From Thermoplasmata archaeon (lineage in GTDB: Archaea > Thermoplasmatota > Thermoplasmata > Lutacidiplasmatales > UBA184): a stretch of 64,000 bases of DNA. The position numbers and the translations under genes are program-made. The notes beneath the pieces are model-generated. The model searched no databases, had not been told where the DNA came from, and saw only the letters and a program-made list of their open reading frames with translations. The stretch is from the NCBI GenBank assembly GCA_021828195.1, contig JAKASQ010000002.1:91920-155919 (forward strand). Reading direction: 5' to 3'. Position 1 is the first letter of the stretch. Each line of letters opens with the position of its first letter. This document shows, piece by piece, positions 56,478-64,000 of this stretch.

Positions 56478-57779
56478 GTGGACGCGACCATCCCCTCCCT
56501 GCTCGGCGTCCTGTTTCTGACGTTCCTTCTCGCAAAGGGACTCGGGCTGATCGCGCAGCGACTGGGCGCACCGTCGATGGTCGGCGAGATCGTCGCCGGG
56601 ATCGTCATCGCGAACGTCGCCGTCGGGTCGTTCAGCCTGCTCGGCTTCCTGAGCCTCTCCCCAAGCGGGAACGGGAACCTCGAGGTGGTTCAAGCGCTCG
56701 CCGAACTCGGCCTCGTGTTCCTCGTCTTCTATGTGGGGATGAAGATGCGGCCGGCCGACCTCCTCGAGCTCGGCCGGCCGGCGGCGAAGATCGCCATCTT
56801 CGGAGCGATCGTTCCGTTCCTGATCGGCCTCGGGCTGTTCCTCGCCTTCGAGGGAGTGAGCAACTATCTCGCCGGGCTCTTCGTGGGGATCGCGCTCGTC
56901 GCCACCTCGGTCGGGATCGTCGCCCACGTGCTCGAGAGCCACCGCCTTCTAGAGGGCCCGGAGGGGCGGTTGATACTCACCGCGGCCGTGATCGAGGACA
57001 TCATCGCCTTCGTAGCGCTCGCCATCCTGCTCGGCTTTGCCCGGGGCCAGAGCTCGGTCGATCTGAGCTACCAGGTCGGTCTCGTCGTCGTGATGGCCGT
57101 GGGCCTGGTGGCCCTGACGATCTACGTAACGGGGCCGGTCGTGCGGCGCTACCTGTCCAGAGCCACCTCCGAGCCTTCCGGGGAGAAGCCGATCTCGAAC
57201 GGTCCTTTCGTCCTCGCGCTACTGCTGTGCCTGGGCGCGGGCGCGCTCGCCGAGTCCTTCGCTCTCGCGGCGATCGTCGGTGCGTTCCTCGCGGGGATCG
57301 TGATGGGCGATGTGGCGCCGAGGTACGGACTTGCCCGGTCGTTTGGCGCGCTCAACGAGTTCCTCGTTCCCTTCTTCTTCCTGTTCATAGGTCTCCAGAT
57401 CTCCGGCGCGGATCTTCTCGCAGTGTGGCCGCTCGCGCTGACCGTTACCGGGGTCGCGATCGCGGTCAAGATCGGCGCCGGCGCCCTGGACAGCCGAGAG
57501 CACGGGTGGCAGGGAGGGCTCGAGATCGGGACCGCGATGGTGGCCCGCGGGGAAGTAGGGGTCATCATCGCCGTATCGGCGTACCAGGTGGGCGCTCTCG
57601 ACTCTGATTACTACACCGCGATCGTCGTCATGGCGATCCTGACCGCGGTCATCGGTCCGTGGATGTTCGACCGAGTAGCGCGCCGCCGCCGAAATTCAAT
57701 GCGGAACTCCGGCCGGGACCCGGCCGGCGGGGTCGAGGATCCTGCCCCCGCGGGTTCCGAACCCGTTCCCCAAGCTTGA
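56478..57779 (+). CDS. Cation:proton antiporter (CPA2 / Kef-type membrane domain)
   Basis: VGEIVAGI, LAELGLVFLVF, ATSVGIV, AAVIEDI, GAFLAG, PFFFLFIG, MVARGEVG. Confidence 0.92.
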   Translation: MDATIPSLLGVLFLTFLLAKGLGLIAQRLGAPSMVGEIVAGIVIANVAVGSFSLLGFLSLSPSGNGNLEVVQALAELGLVFLVFYVGMKMRPADLLELGRPAAKIAIFGAIVPFLIGLGLFLAFEGVSNYLAGLFVGIALVATSVGIVAHVLESHRLLEGPEGRLILTAAVIEDIIAFVALAILLGFARGQSSVDLSYQVGLVVVMAVGLVALTIYVTGPVVRRYLSRATSEPSGEKPISNGPFVLALLLCLGAGALAESFALAAIVGAFLAGIVMGDVAPRYGLARSFGALNEFLVPFFFLFIGLQISGADLLAVWPLALTVTGVAIAVKIGAGALDSREHGWQGGLEIGTAMVARGEVGVIIAVSAYQVGALDSDYYTAIVVMAILTAVIGPWMFDRVARRRRNSMRNSGRDPAGGVEDPAPAGSEPVPQA

Positions 57780-57812
57780 AGTAACACTCGGCGGATTTGG
57801 TCTGGGAGCCTC

Positions 57813-58208
57813 ATGCCGGCATCCAAGCCGACGCCGCCGTCGGAAGTGCCCGAACCGGCTCCATCCGCGGACGGAGCCTCCCTCGGGGAGCGGATCGCGT
57901 CGGAGCTGGAACTCCTCGCGCGGAACGTCGATGTGCTCCAGCGCCTCTCGGGAAAGTCCCCGATCGGGATCATCCGGCTGAGCGAGGCGCTCAACTTGCC
58001 GATCCACAAGGTCCGGTACTCGCTTCACCTGCTGGAGCGGGAGGGGGTCGTCCAACCGTCGGCCGACGGAGCGGTGGTCACCGACCAAACCGTGCAGTAC
58101 TGGGAGTCGCTCCACACCTCGCTGGACCGGATGACGACGCTCATCCAGCAGTTGAAGGAGCAGACGGACAAGCAGCGGGCACTCGGCTCGAGTCGGAAAG
58201 GCTATTAG
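57813..58208 (+). CDS. Winged-helix transcriptional regulator-like protein
   Basis: PIGIIRLSEALNLPIHKVRYSLHLLEREGVVQPSADGA. Confidence 0.8.
   Translation: MPASKPTPPSEVPEPAPSADGASLGERIASELELLARNVDVLQRLSGKSPIGIIRLSEALNLPIHKVRYSLHLLEREGVVQPSADGAVVTDQTVQYWESLHTSLDRMTTLIQQLKEQTDKQRALGSSRKGY
58196..58208 (+). promoter_or_regulatory. BRE/TATA-like promoter for tRNA-Asn/tRNA-Ile2
   Basis: GAAAGGCTATTAG about 30 nt upstream of tRNA-Asn. Confidence 0.5.
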
Positions 58209-58234
58209 CGCGATTCAAGCTCGTCCGCCTCGGT

Positions 58235-58338
58235 GCCGCCGTAGCTCAGTGGTAGAGCGATCGGCTGTTAACCGAAAGGTCAGCGGTTCGAAAGGTGGGC
58301 CCGACGTTCGAGCCCATCCCAAATCCCGCTCGGCGGCG
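58235..58338 (+). tRNA. tRNA-Asn (GTT) with a 32-nt intron at 59/60 (58293..58324)
   Basis: GCCGCCG...TCGG CTGTTAA CCGA...AGCGG TTCGAA [intron] C CCGCT CGGCGGC G. The intron folds with the T-arm into a relaxed bulge-helix-bulge. Confidence 0.9.
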
Positions 58339-58357
58339 CCTCACCTGCGCGTTCCCT

Positions 58358-58433
58358 GGGCCCGTAGCTTAGCCCGGCCGAGAGCGGCCGGCTCATAACC
58401 GGTTGATCGACGGTTCGAATCCGTCCGGGCCCA
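58358..58433 (+). tRNA. tRNA with CAT anticodon, most likely tRNA-Ile2 (alternatively elongator Met)
   Basis: GGGCCCG...GCCGG CTCATAA CCGGT...GACGG TTCGAAT CCGTC CGGGCCC A. The G1-C72 / GGGCCC acceptor is typical of archaeal Ile2 and excludes initiator Met. Confidence 0.88.
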
Positions 58434-58717
58434 TCCCCATCCGGGCTTGAACACACCGGTGAGCCCCCGAGTCCTGTGAAGCGCGGTAGGCGCGCCACCG
58501 GCCCTCGGTTGCTGCCCGGGTCGGCGGACACGGACCTCCAGCGCGGGTCGCGATCTCGGTTGGCACCGAGTGCCCAAGGGCCGATGGAATGGACGGATCG
58601 GGGCCAGAGTTCCGTGAGGTCCGTGGTCGAACGGGCCCCCACGGTACACCCCCAGGCAGTTGGCCTGCGGAGAGTCCGAGGACCGGGGAATCGGCCGACC
58701 GATCCCCCTCTCCCCTC

Positions 58718-59662
58718 TCACCCTCCATCGGAGATGGGGGCACCCGGGGGCTCTCGCACTTCGTGGTAGGTCTTCCACAAGCTGTAGCCACCGACCACGC
58801 CGACGACTACGACGATGATGACCGTGGAGTAGCCGATGGAGTTGAGGTTCGGGACCGGGTTCCCGGTCGAGATCGCGACCTGGCTGAGCCACGGAGCGGC
58901 GGCAACCACCGCACCAACGGCCATGAAGGCGAGACCTCCCACATACAAGGTCCGGGCCGCGGTCGAACGCCCGATCCGCTTGATCTGGCCCGGGGAGAGC
59001 TTCTTGCTTCGGGCTAGTTGTGCGAAGACGGCTCCCGTGACGATCTGCATCACCATGGTCCCGAGCCCGAAGCAGGTGCCCACCAGTGCCGCCCAACCGA
59101 CGTTGGGCATCTCGGGAGCGAGAACGAAGACGATGATGACCGCGAATCCACCGAAGCCCCACCCGGCAATGAATCCGTGCACGATCGCCATCCGAAGGGG
59201 TATCGGCTCTAGTTCCTCCTTCGGTGGCGGCGACTCCCTCTCGGCGACCGTGGTGTGGTGAGTGTGATCTCGGAAGAACCCTCCGAAGAGCCGCTCCCCC
59301 CAGTGATCGAGCGGGAGGTGGATGTCGGTACCCCGCAACAGATACCATCCGGCAATGAACATCGCGAGACCGACCATGATGTAGATCGGCCCGTCCAGGT
59401 TGTAGACTTGGTAGATCGTGGCCAGCCCGAGGAATCCCAGCGCCGTGAGAATGGTCCTCTGGATGGTGAACCCCGAGGAGAACGTGAGGCCCGCCTTCAT
59501 GCCGCCCCGCGTGCCGTAACTGCCGATGGAGTAGCTGAACGTGATCGGCCAGGTGTGCTCGTCGGGGGTGATGCCGTGCAGGACGCCGAGGATAAAGCCG
59601 ACGGCCAGGATCGTGGGGATCGTCAGGTTCGCGGGCGGGTTCAGGATGAAGTTCAGATCCAT
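58718..59662 (-). CDS. NicO/HoxN/UreH-like His-containing metal transporter
   Basis: TM1 GVLHGITPDEH, His-rich loop DHTHHTT, AIVHGFIAG, FGLGTMVM; 6-7 TMs. Confidence 0.65.
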   Translation of the reverse strand: MDLNFILNPPANLTIPTILAVGFILGVLHGITPDEHTWPITFSYSIGSYGTRGGMKAGLTFSSGFTIQRTILTALGFLGLATIYQVYNLDGPIYIMVGLAMFIAGWYLLRGTDIHLPLDHWGERLFGGFFRDHTHHTTVAERESPPPKEELEPIPLRMAIVHGFIAGWGFGGFAVIIVFVLAPEMPNVGWAALVGTCFGLGTMVMQIVTGAVFAQLARSKKLSPGQIKRIGRSTAARTLYVGGLAFMAVGAVVAAAPWLSQVAISTGNPVPNLNSIGYSTVIIVVVVGVVGGYSLWKTYHEVREPPGAPISDGG

Positions 59663-59670
59663 GACGGGAC

Positions 59671-60102
59671 CTACGGGCGCGAGTTAGCACTCCCACACGG
59701 TGGGATGGGGTCGCCGTGGGGGCAGAGGGCTGGGTGGCCTTCGGCCCGGCAGATGCGCTCGACCGTCCGGTGGTCCAGCGCCAGGTCGATTTGCCGGGCC
59801 GCGCGACACGTCTCTTGGGATGAGAATCCCAACCCCGCGAAGAGCTGCTCCGCGACTCGGTGATGCCGTTGGTAGTCCGCGATGCACGCACGGCCCCGTG
59901 ACGTGAGCCGGGTCTTCCCGCGATGCCGCTCCACCAACCCGAGCCGTTCGAGGGCGGTGAGGTGGCCGAGGGCCGACGGGGGCCGTACCCGCAGGGTGGC
60001 CGAGATGGCCTTCAGCGGGGCGCCGCGGCCCGGACTCTCGCTGAGGACCACGGCTCGAAGGGCATCGATCTGGCGACGGGTGAGGCGCTCGAGGGTCTCC
60101 AT
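59671..60102 (-). CDS. DtxR/MntR-family metal-dependent transcriptional regulator
   Basis: ISATLRVRPPSA, LTSRG, HHRVAEQLF, IDLAL, CPHGDPIP. Confidence 0.88.
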   Translation of the reverse strand: METLERLTRRQIDALRAVVLSESPGRGAPLKAISATLRVRPPSALGHLTALERLGLVERHRGKTRLTSRGRACIADYQRHHRVAEQLFAGLGFSSQETCRAARQIDLALDHRTVERICRAEGHPALCPHGDPIPPCGSANSRP

Positions 60103-60123
60103 CGGAAGACCAAGGGCTGCGGA

Positions 60124-60152
60124 TTATATACGTCCACCCCTAATTATTAGGG
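60124..60152 (-). promoter_or_regulatory. TATA box plus adjacent perfect palindrome (candidate DtxR operator)
   Basis: TATATAA (minus strand, 60130-60124) about 25 nt upstream of the dtxR ATG; CCCTAAT-T-ATTAGGG at 60138-60152. Confidence 0.6.
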
Positions 60153-60416
60153 TATAGAACACTTTGTGCTGGGTCCCGACCTGGTATTGGCGCGCCGTTT
60201 CACCCTCCGACGCGTTCGGTTCGTCTCCCGGCCGGTAGAGCGATCCGATACGGTTTGATGACCGGCCCCGATCGGCGAGTGACGGAAGAGCACGCCTTGC
60301 CGTTCTGCGAAGGAGATCTCTCACCGGTCTCCACTACGAGGGCGCGGAGAGATCCCGCCACGGCGTTGAGCGGATCTCTTCGGAGAGAACATGGGGCGCG
60401 TGTCGAGCCGGGCCCA

Positions 60417-60971
60417 CTACCGCCCGAACGTGACCTGCGCATCGCGCAGCTTGGCGAGCGCCCGAGCTCGCATCCGAAGGAACATCGAATCGAAGATCAG
60501 TTTCTCGATCGAGTCCCACATCAACACCCAGACGAGCACGAGGAGCACGAAGTAGATGGCGAAGGTGTGGAAGCCGAGGCCGACGTCCACGAAGGCGACG
60601 AAAGCCAGCGCGACGAGCGAGGTAGCAACTCCGACATACAGGGACTGCAACCCCTCCCGACGATTGACCGCGCGTTCGAGCTCCGCCCCGTCGAACTTCA
60701 CCCCGAAGAAGGATCGATAGTTCCGTACGAACTGGGCTTGCGCCTCGGCGTCCAACGGCGCGTCCCCCGAGCGGATGGTCAGATCCACCGAGGGAGCCGT
60801 CCGGGCCCGCCGCGCATGGTTCTCGAGATATTCCGCGAGAGGCGCCCTCAGGATGGGCCCTCGAAAGGGGAATCCTCCACCCTCCTCCCAGATCTCCTCG
60901 GCAGGGGCCAGGTCGATCCGAAGGCGAAGGACCGGGTCCGACACGGCGGCTGCAACCCTCTCGTGGCTCAA
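60417..60971 (-). CDS. Hypothetical protein with two C-terminal TM helices
   Basis: Coding-like codon usage; hydrophobic LYVGVATSLVALAFVAFV and FAIYFVLLVLVWVLMW. TTG start. Confidence 0.7.
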   Translation of the reverse strand: MSHERVAAAVSDPVLRLRIDLAPAEEIWEEGGGFPFRGPILRAPLAEYLENHARRARTAPSVDLTIRSGDAPLDAEAQAQFVRNYRSFFGVKFDGAELERAVNRREGLQSLYVGVATSLVALAFVAFVDVGLGFHTFAIYFVLLVLVWVLMWDSIEKLIFDSMFLRMRARALAKLRDAQVTFGR

Positions 60972-61171
60972 GGCGGGTCGCGCGGAGGCTCGAAGGGTCC
61001 CTTAGGAGCCGAACGTGCAGGGGGAACTCCGAGGCCCCGGCGTTGCCCGATCCAATAGATGATCGCGCCCGCTACGACGACCGTCACGGCAGCGACCGCG
61101 ATCCAGACGGACGAGATCATGCGCCTCCGAGGGCTCCGGGGTCGACGGAGAGAAAAGGTTGGTCCGTCGGC

Positions 61172-61618
61172 CTAGCCGCAGCCACCCGAGCCGCAGCCAC
61201 AACCGCCACCGGCTTCCGCAGAGCCCCCCTGCCCAGTGGGCGCGGGGTGCTCCTCGTGGCCTTCGGGGGATTGGAGCTTAGGCGCGTTGATGCGGAAGCC
61301 GGTCTGGTCGAGCGACTGGACAAAGTCGATCTGGGCTCCATCCAGCATCTCGGCGCTGTCATCATCGACCAAGAGAGAGAACCCGTCGACCTTCACGATG
61401 TGGTCGCCGGATTTTTGCTGGTCGAAGGCCATGCCAAACCGAGCGCTCCCGTGACCGCCGCCGCCCCCACCGCACCCGCCGCCACCCGAGCCGCATCCGC
61501 AGCCCCCGCCGCCGAGTTCGAGATAGACGCGGACCGCGGTCCCGGGCTCCTGGTTCTTGATGAGCTCCCGGACCTGATCCTGCGCTTCCTTGGTTACGTC
61601 CACTTTGATACTATTCAT
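61172..61618 (-). CDS. HesB/IscA-family A-type Fe-S carrier with Gly/Cys-rich insertion and tail
   Basis: VTKEA, AVRVYL, FGMAFD, LLVDDDSAEMLDGAQIDF, GFRINAP; two copies of GGGCGCGSGG(G)CG. Confidence 0.82.
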   Translation of the reverse strand: MNSIKVDVTKEAQDQVRELIKNQEPGTAVRVYLELGGGGCGCGSGGGGCGGGGGGHGSARFGMAFDQQKSGDHIVKVDGFSLLVDDDSAEMLDGAQIDFVQSLDQTGFRINAPKLQSPEGHEEHPAPTGQGGSAEAGGGCGCGSGGCG

Positions 61619-61692
61619 GTGTAGGGCCCTCCTCGCAACCCTGCTCGATGATGGGTTCCGGGCCTATTTAGCGTTCCCGGAAGCGGAACGGC

Positions 61693-62022
61693 TCACGCGG
61701 AGAACGATTTGCCGCAGGAGCAGGTCTCTTTCGCGTTGGGGTTGTAGATCTTGAAGCCGGACTCTTCGAGTCCCATCAGGAAGTCGACCTTGAGCCCCTC
61801 GAGGAGCGGAGCGCTCGCGTGATCGACGACGACCGTGAGCCCGTGTTCGCGGTAGGCGACCTCGTCGCCGGTCTCGAGCTTGTCGAAGCTCATCCCGTAG
61901 GAGAGCCCCGAGCATCCCCCGCCCTGGACGTACAGGCGTAGGGCCGAGTCGGGCTTCCCCTGCTTTTCCATGATCTTCAGCACCTGCTCACGGGCCGAAG
62001 GGGTCACCTCTATGGTTACCAT
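61693..62022 (-). CDS. HesB/IscA/SufA-family A-type Fe-S cluster carrier
   Basis: LRLYVQGGGCSGLSYGM, VDHASAPLLEG, GFKIYNPNAKETCSCGKSF. Confidence 0.93.
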   Translation of the reverse strand: MVTIEVTPSAREQVLKIMEKQGKPDSALRLYVQGGGCSGLSYGMSFDKLETGDEVAYREHGLTVVVDHASAPLLEGLKVDFLMGLEESGFKIYNPNAKETCSCGKSFSA

Positions 62023-62136
62023 GAACGCCTCCGACCGTTCTAGTTCGGGTGGGGGGATAAGGGTTGCTTGCCGAGGGAAGTGCGCGTAACGCGTTCGCCC
62101 GACCGGCTTAATGTACGATTCGCCCTTGGTCGAGCC

Positions 62137-63000
62137 ATGTGTCGCCTCTTCGGCCAATTGACCGCCGCGGACCAGCCCGCCCATGCCTGGCTGCTCGATT
62201 CTGAGCGCTCGCTCTTCCGGCAATCGAACGCGAACCCGGAGACCGCGCAGGCCGATGGGTGGGGCATCGCCTGGTATGAACCGGATGGGCGGATCCACAT
62301 CGAGAAAGGGGTCGAGGGGGCGTTCGCATTGACGGAGCGCGCGCACTTCGAGCGAGCTTCGCGAGATGCCCATGGCACGCTCGTTATCGGCCACCTGCGC
62401 CACGCGAGCAACCCGCTCGGCCTTCCGCGGGAGAAGCTGCTGGCGCTGGAGAATAGCCAGCCGTTCCACGGTTCGAAGGAGATTTTCGCGCACAACGGCG
62501 CAATCCCCCTTCCCACCCAGACACGCCCGTACCTGGGCCGATTTGCCGCGGACGTGCGGGGCGTCAATGACAGTGAAGTGCTCTTCTGGCTCCTGGCGCA
62601 CCATGCGGAGGGCTCGGGTAACCCGCTCGCGGCCTACGCTCGAACGATGGAAGATCTCGTTCAGGTGTGGGAAGCGAACGGACGCCCCGGAACCGCGCCG
62701 TACTCCGGGTTGAACGTCCTGTACTCCCCCGGACCGGATGAGCTCTGGGCGTTTTGCCATTGGAAGGGAGACGTCGGCTGCAGCCTCCTCGCCTCCGATC
62801 GTCCGTACTACGAAATGACGTATCGCGAGGAACCGGGGCGGTTGGTCGTCGGGAGCGAACCGTTCGACGGTCGGGCCGGATGGACGAGCCTCGCGAACGG
62901 TCACTATCTCACCGCCCGTCGAGAGGGACGCCGCCTGCGCATCCGCACCGGATCGATTCCCCTCGCGGCCTCCGCGTTCGCCCCGATCTCACCGGCGTAG
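62137..63000 (+). CDS. Class II (Ntn) glutamine amidotransferase, YafJ/EgtC-like
   Basis: N-terminal MCRLFG, DGWGIAWY, GHLRHAS, NSQPF, FAHNG, NDSE, GSEP. Confidence 0.9.
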   Translation: MCRLFGQLTAADQPAHAWLLDSERSLFRQSNANPETAQADGWGIAWYEPDGRIHIEKGVEGAFALTERAHFERASRDAHGTLVIGHLRHASNPLGLPREKLLALENSQPFHGSKEIFAHNGAIPLPTQTRPYLGRFAADVRGVNDSEVLFWLLAHHAEGSGNPLAAYARTMEDLVQVWEANGRPGTAPYSGLNVLYSPGPDELWAFCHWKGDVGCSLLASDRPYYEMTYREEPGRLVVGSEPFDGRAGWTSLANGHYLTARREGRRLRIRTGSIPLAASAFAPISPA

Positions 63001-63022
63001 GTGCGGGGTACCCGGGGGCGCG

Positions 63023-63922
63023 ATGACCTCCAGCGAGATGCTCTCTGGCCCGGACCTCGGCGGAGGCCTCCTCCACCAGCTCACGATCGACCGGGAGGGC
63101 GATCGGACCGGCTACACCTTCCATGCGCAGGACGGCGGGGTCGACGCGGGGGGTCCGGCGAAAGGCACACCGGAGCCGTTCGGATACCGGACCACTCCGA
63201 CCGCCTGTACGTTCGGCGGGCCCCGCTGCTGGCACCGCGGGTTCGTGCTCGGAGAGGCCGAAGCGCCGCGCGTGCGCATGGCCTACAACCGGATGCGGTT
63301 CGTCATGGTGCCGATGCTCGAACAGCGCTACGGTGGCCGGCCCCCCACGATCGACACGGCCCTGGAAGAGATCGCGGGCCGCCTGTCGGATCCGGCGCGC
63401 GGACCGGCGTTTCCCTGGTACGTGGGCGGATCGACGGCCTCGTATCTCTTGGGCGCGGCGATCGCCCCGGAGGACATCGACCTCGGCACGACCCGCGAGG
63501 GGATCGACCGCATCGCATCGGCGATGTCGGAGTATCTCATCGAGCCCACGGCGACGACCGACTGGCCGCGCGTGGGGGAGGTGTACGCCGCGCGCGCCTT
63601 CGTCGGTACCGTCCGAGACGGAGCGCGTGTGGAGTGGGCCCATCGCGGGGGCGTTCCCTCCGCCGCACCGGAAGAGTGGACCGGTGATCTCGCTCGCGTC
63701 CGGACCGAACCGGTGGACTTCCACGGCTTCGCCCTCCGGGCCACACGGCCGGAGTACGCACTCCTCCGGGCCGCGGAGACGGGCCGGCTCGAGCGCATCG
63801 AGCCCCTGGTCGCCACCCTCCGCACGCTCGGCCCTGACCCGTCCCTCCTCCAGGAGCTTCTCGGCGTCTCGACGCTGCCGGCACCTGCCCGCGATGCGCT
63901 CCTCGCACGATGCGTCGCGTGA
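63023..63922 (+). CDS. Nucleotidyltransferase-superfamily protein with unrecognised N-terminal domain
   Basis: WYVGGSTASYLLG...PEDIDL (GS...DxD). N-terminal CTFGGPRCWH. Confidence 0.65.
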   Translation: MTSSEMLSGPDLGGGLLHQLTIDREGDRTGYTFHAQDGGVDAGGPAKGTPEPFGYRTTPTACTFGGPRCWHRGFVLGEAEAPRVRMAYNRMRFVMVPMLEQRYGGRPPTIDTALEEIAGRLSDPARGPAFPWYVGGSTASYLLGAAIAPEDIDLGTTREGIDRIASAMSEYLIEPTATTDWPRVGEVYAARAFVGTVRDGARVEWAHRGGVPSAAPEEWTGDLARVRTEPVDFHGFALRATRPEYALLRAAETGRLERIEPLVATLRTLGPDPSLLQELLGVSTLPAPARDALLARCVA

Positions 63923-64000
63923 GCCCCGTTCCTTTGGAGCCGATAGTTCTTAGACCTCCGCACGAGCCGGCTATCGATGCTGGAGATCCCACGACCCCCC

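Noticed and set aside
61172-61512. Gly/Cys codon repeats as a tandem-repeat or mobile element
   Set aside because: They are low-complexity coding sequence inside the HesB gene and are treated under that finding.
1-64000. CRISPR arrays, IS elements, proviruses or integrases at the five tRNA genes, rRNA
   Set aside because: By eye I found no regularly spaced repeats, transposase or integrase motifs, duplicated att sites flanking foreign genes, or rRNA signatures.

Overview
A high-GC archaeal chromosomal segment, densely coding and mostly housekeeping. Archaeal markers include Rpo11, TFS, RpoE', Spt4, S24e, S27ae, Alba, ArcS, archaeal-type GAPDH and ProRS, Hef, and TATA boxes about 25-30 nt ahead of start codons. 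The gene content suggests a Thermoplasmata-like lineage, which is an inference. I found about 65 CDSs and five tRNA genes (Val-TAC, Leu-GAG, Arg-CCG, Asn-GTT, CAT probably Ile2), and no CRISPR array, integrase, transposase or rRNA. The most notable items are: (1) a polyphosphate island of CHAD, Ppx, a tandem pair of thymidylate-kinase-like genes resembling the heteromeric archaeal PPK3, and SixA, with an orphan HTH-fused N4-C-type DNA methyltransferase directly behind CHAD; (2) the archaeosine synthase gene arcS runs into tRNA-Val, so the last base of its TAG stop is tRNA G15, the archaeosine site, and the tRNA has no evident promoter of its own; (3) tRNA-Asn carries a 32-nt BHB intron in the T-loop (59/60); (4) a stand-alone RnfD/NqrB-like membrane protein; (5) an arginine deiminase-carbamate kinase-cation/proton antiporter cluster without OTC, downstream of tRNA-Arg; (6) a metal/Fe-S cluster with DtxR, a perfect palindromic candidate operator, a NicO-like transporter and two HesB paralogues, one with duplicated Gly/Cys motifs. 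All protein calls come from motif recognition by eye. No database search was run, and several start codons are my best choice among alternatives.
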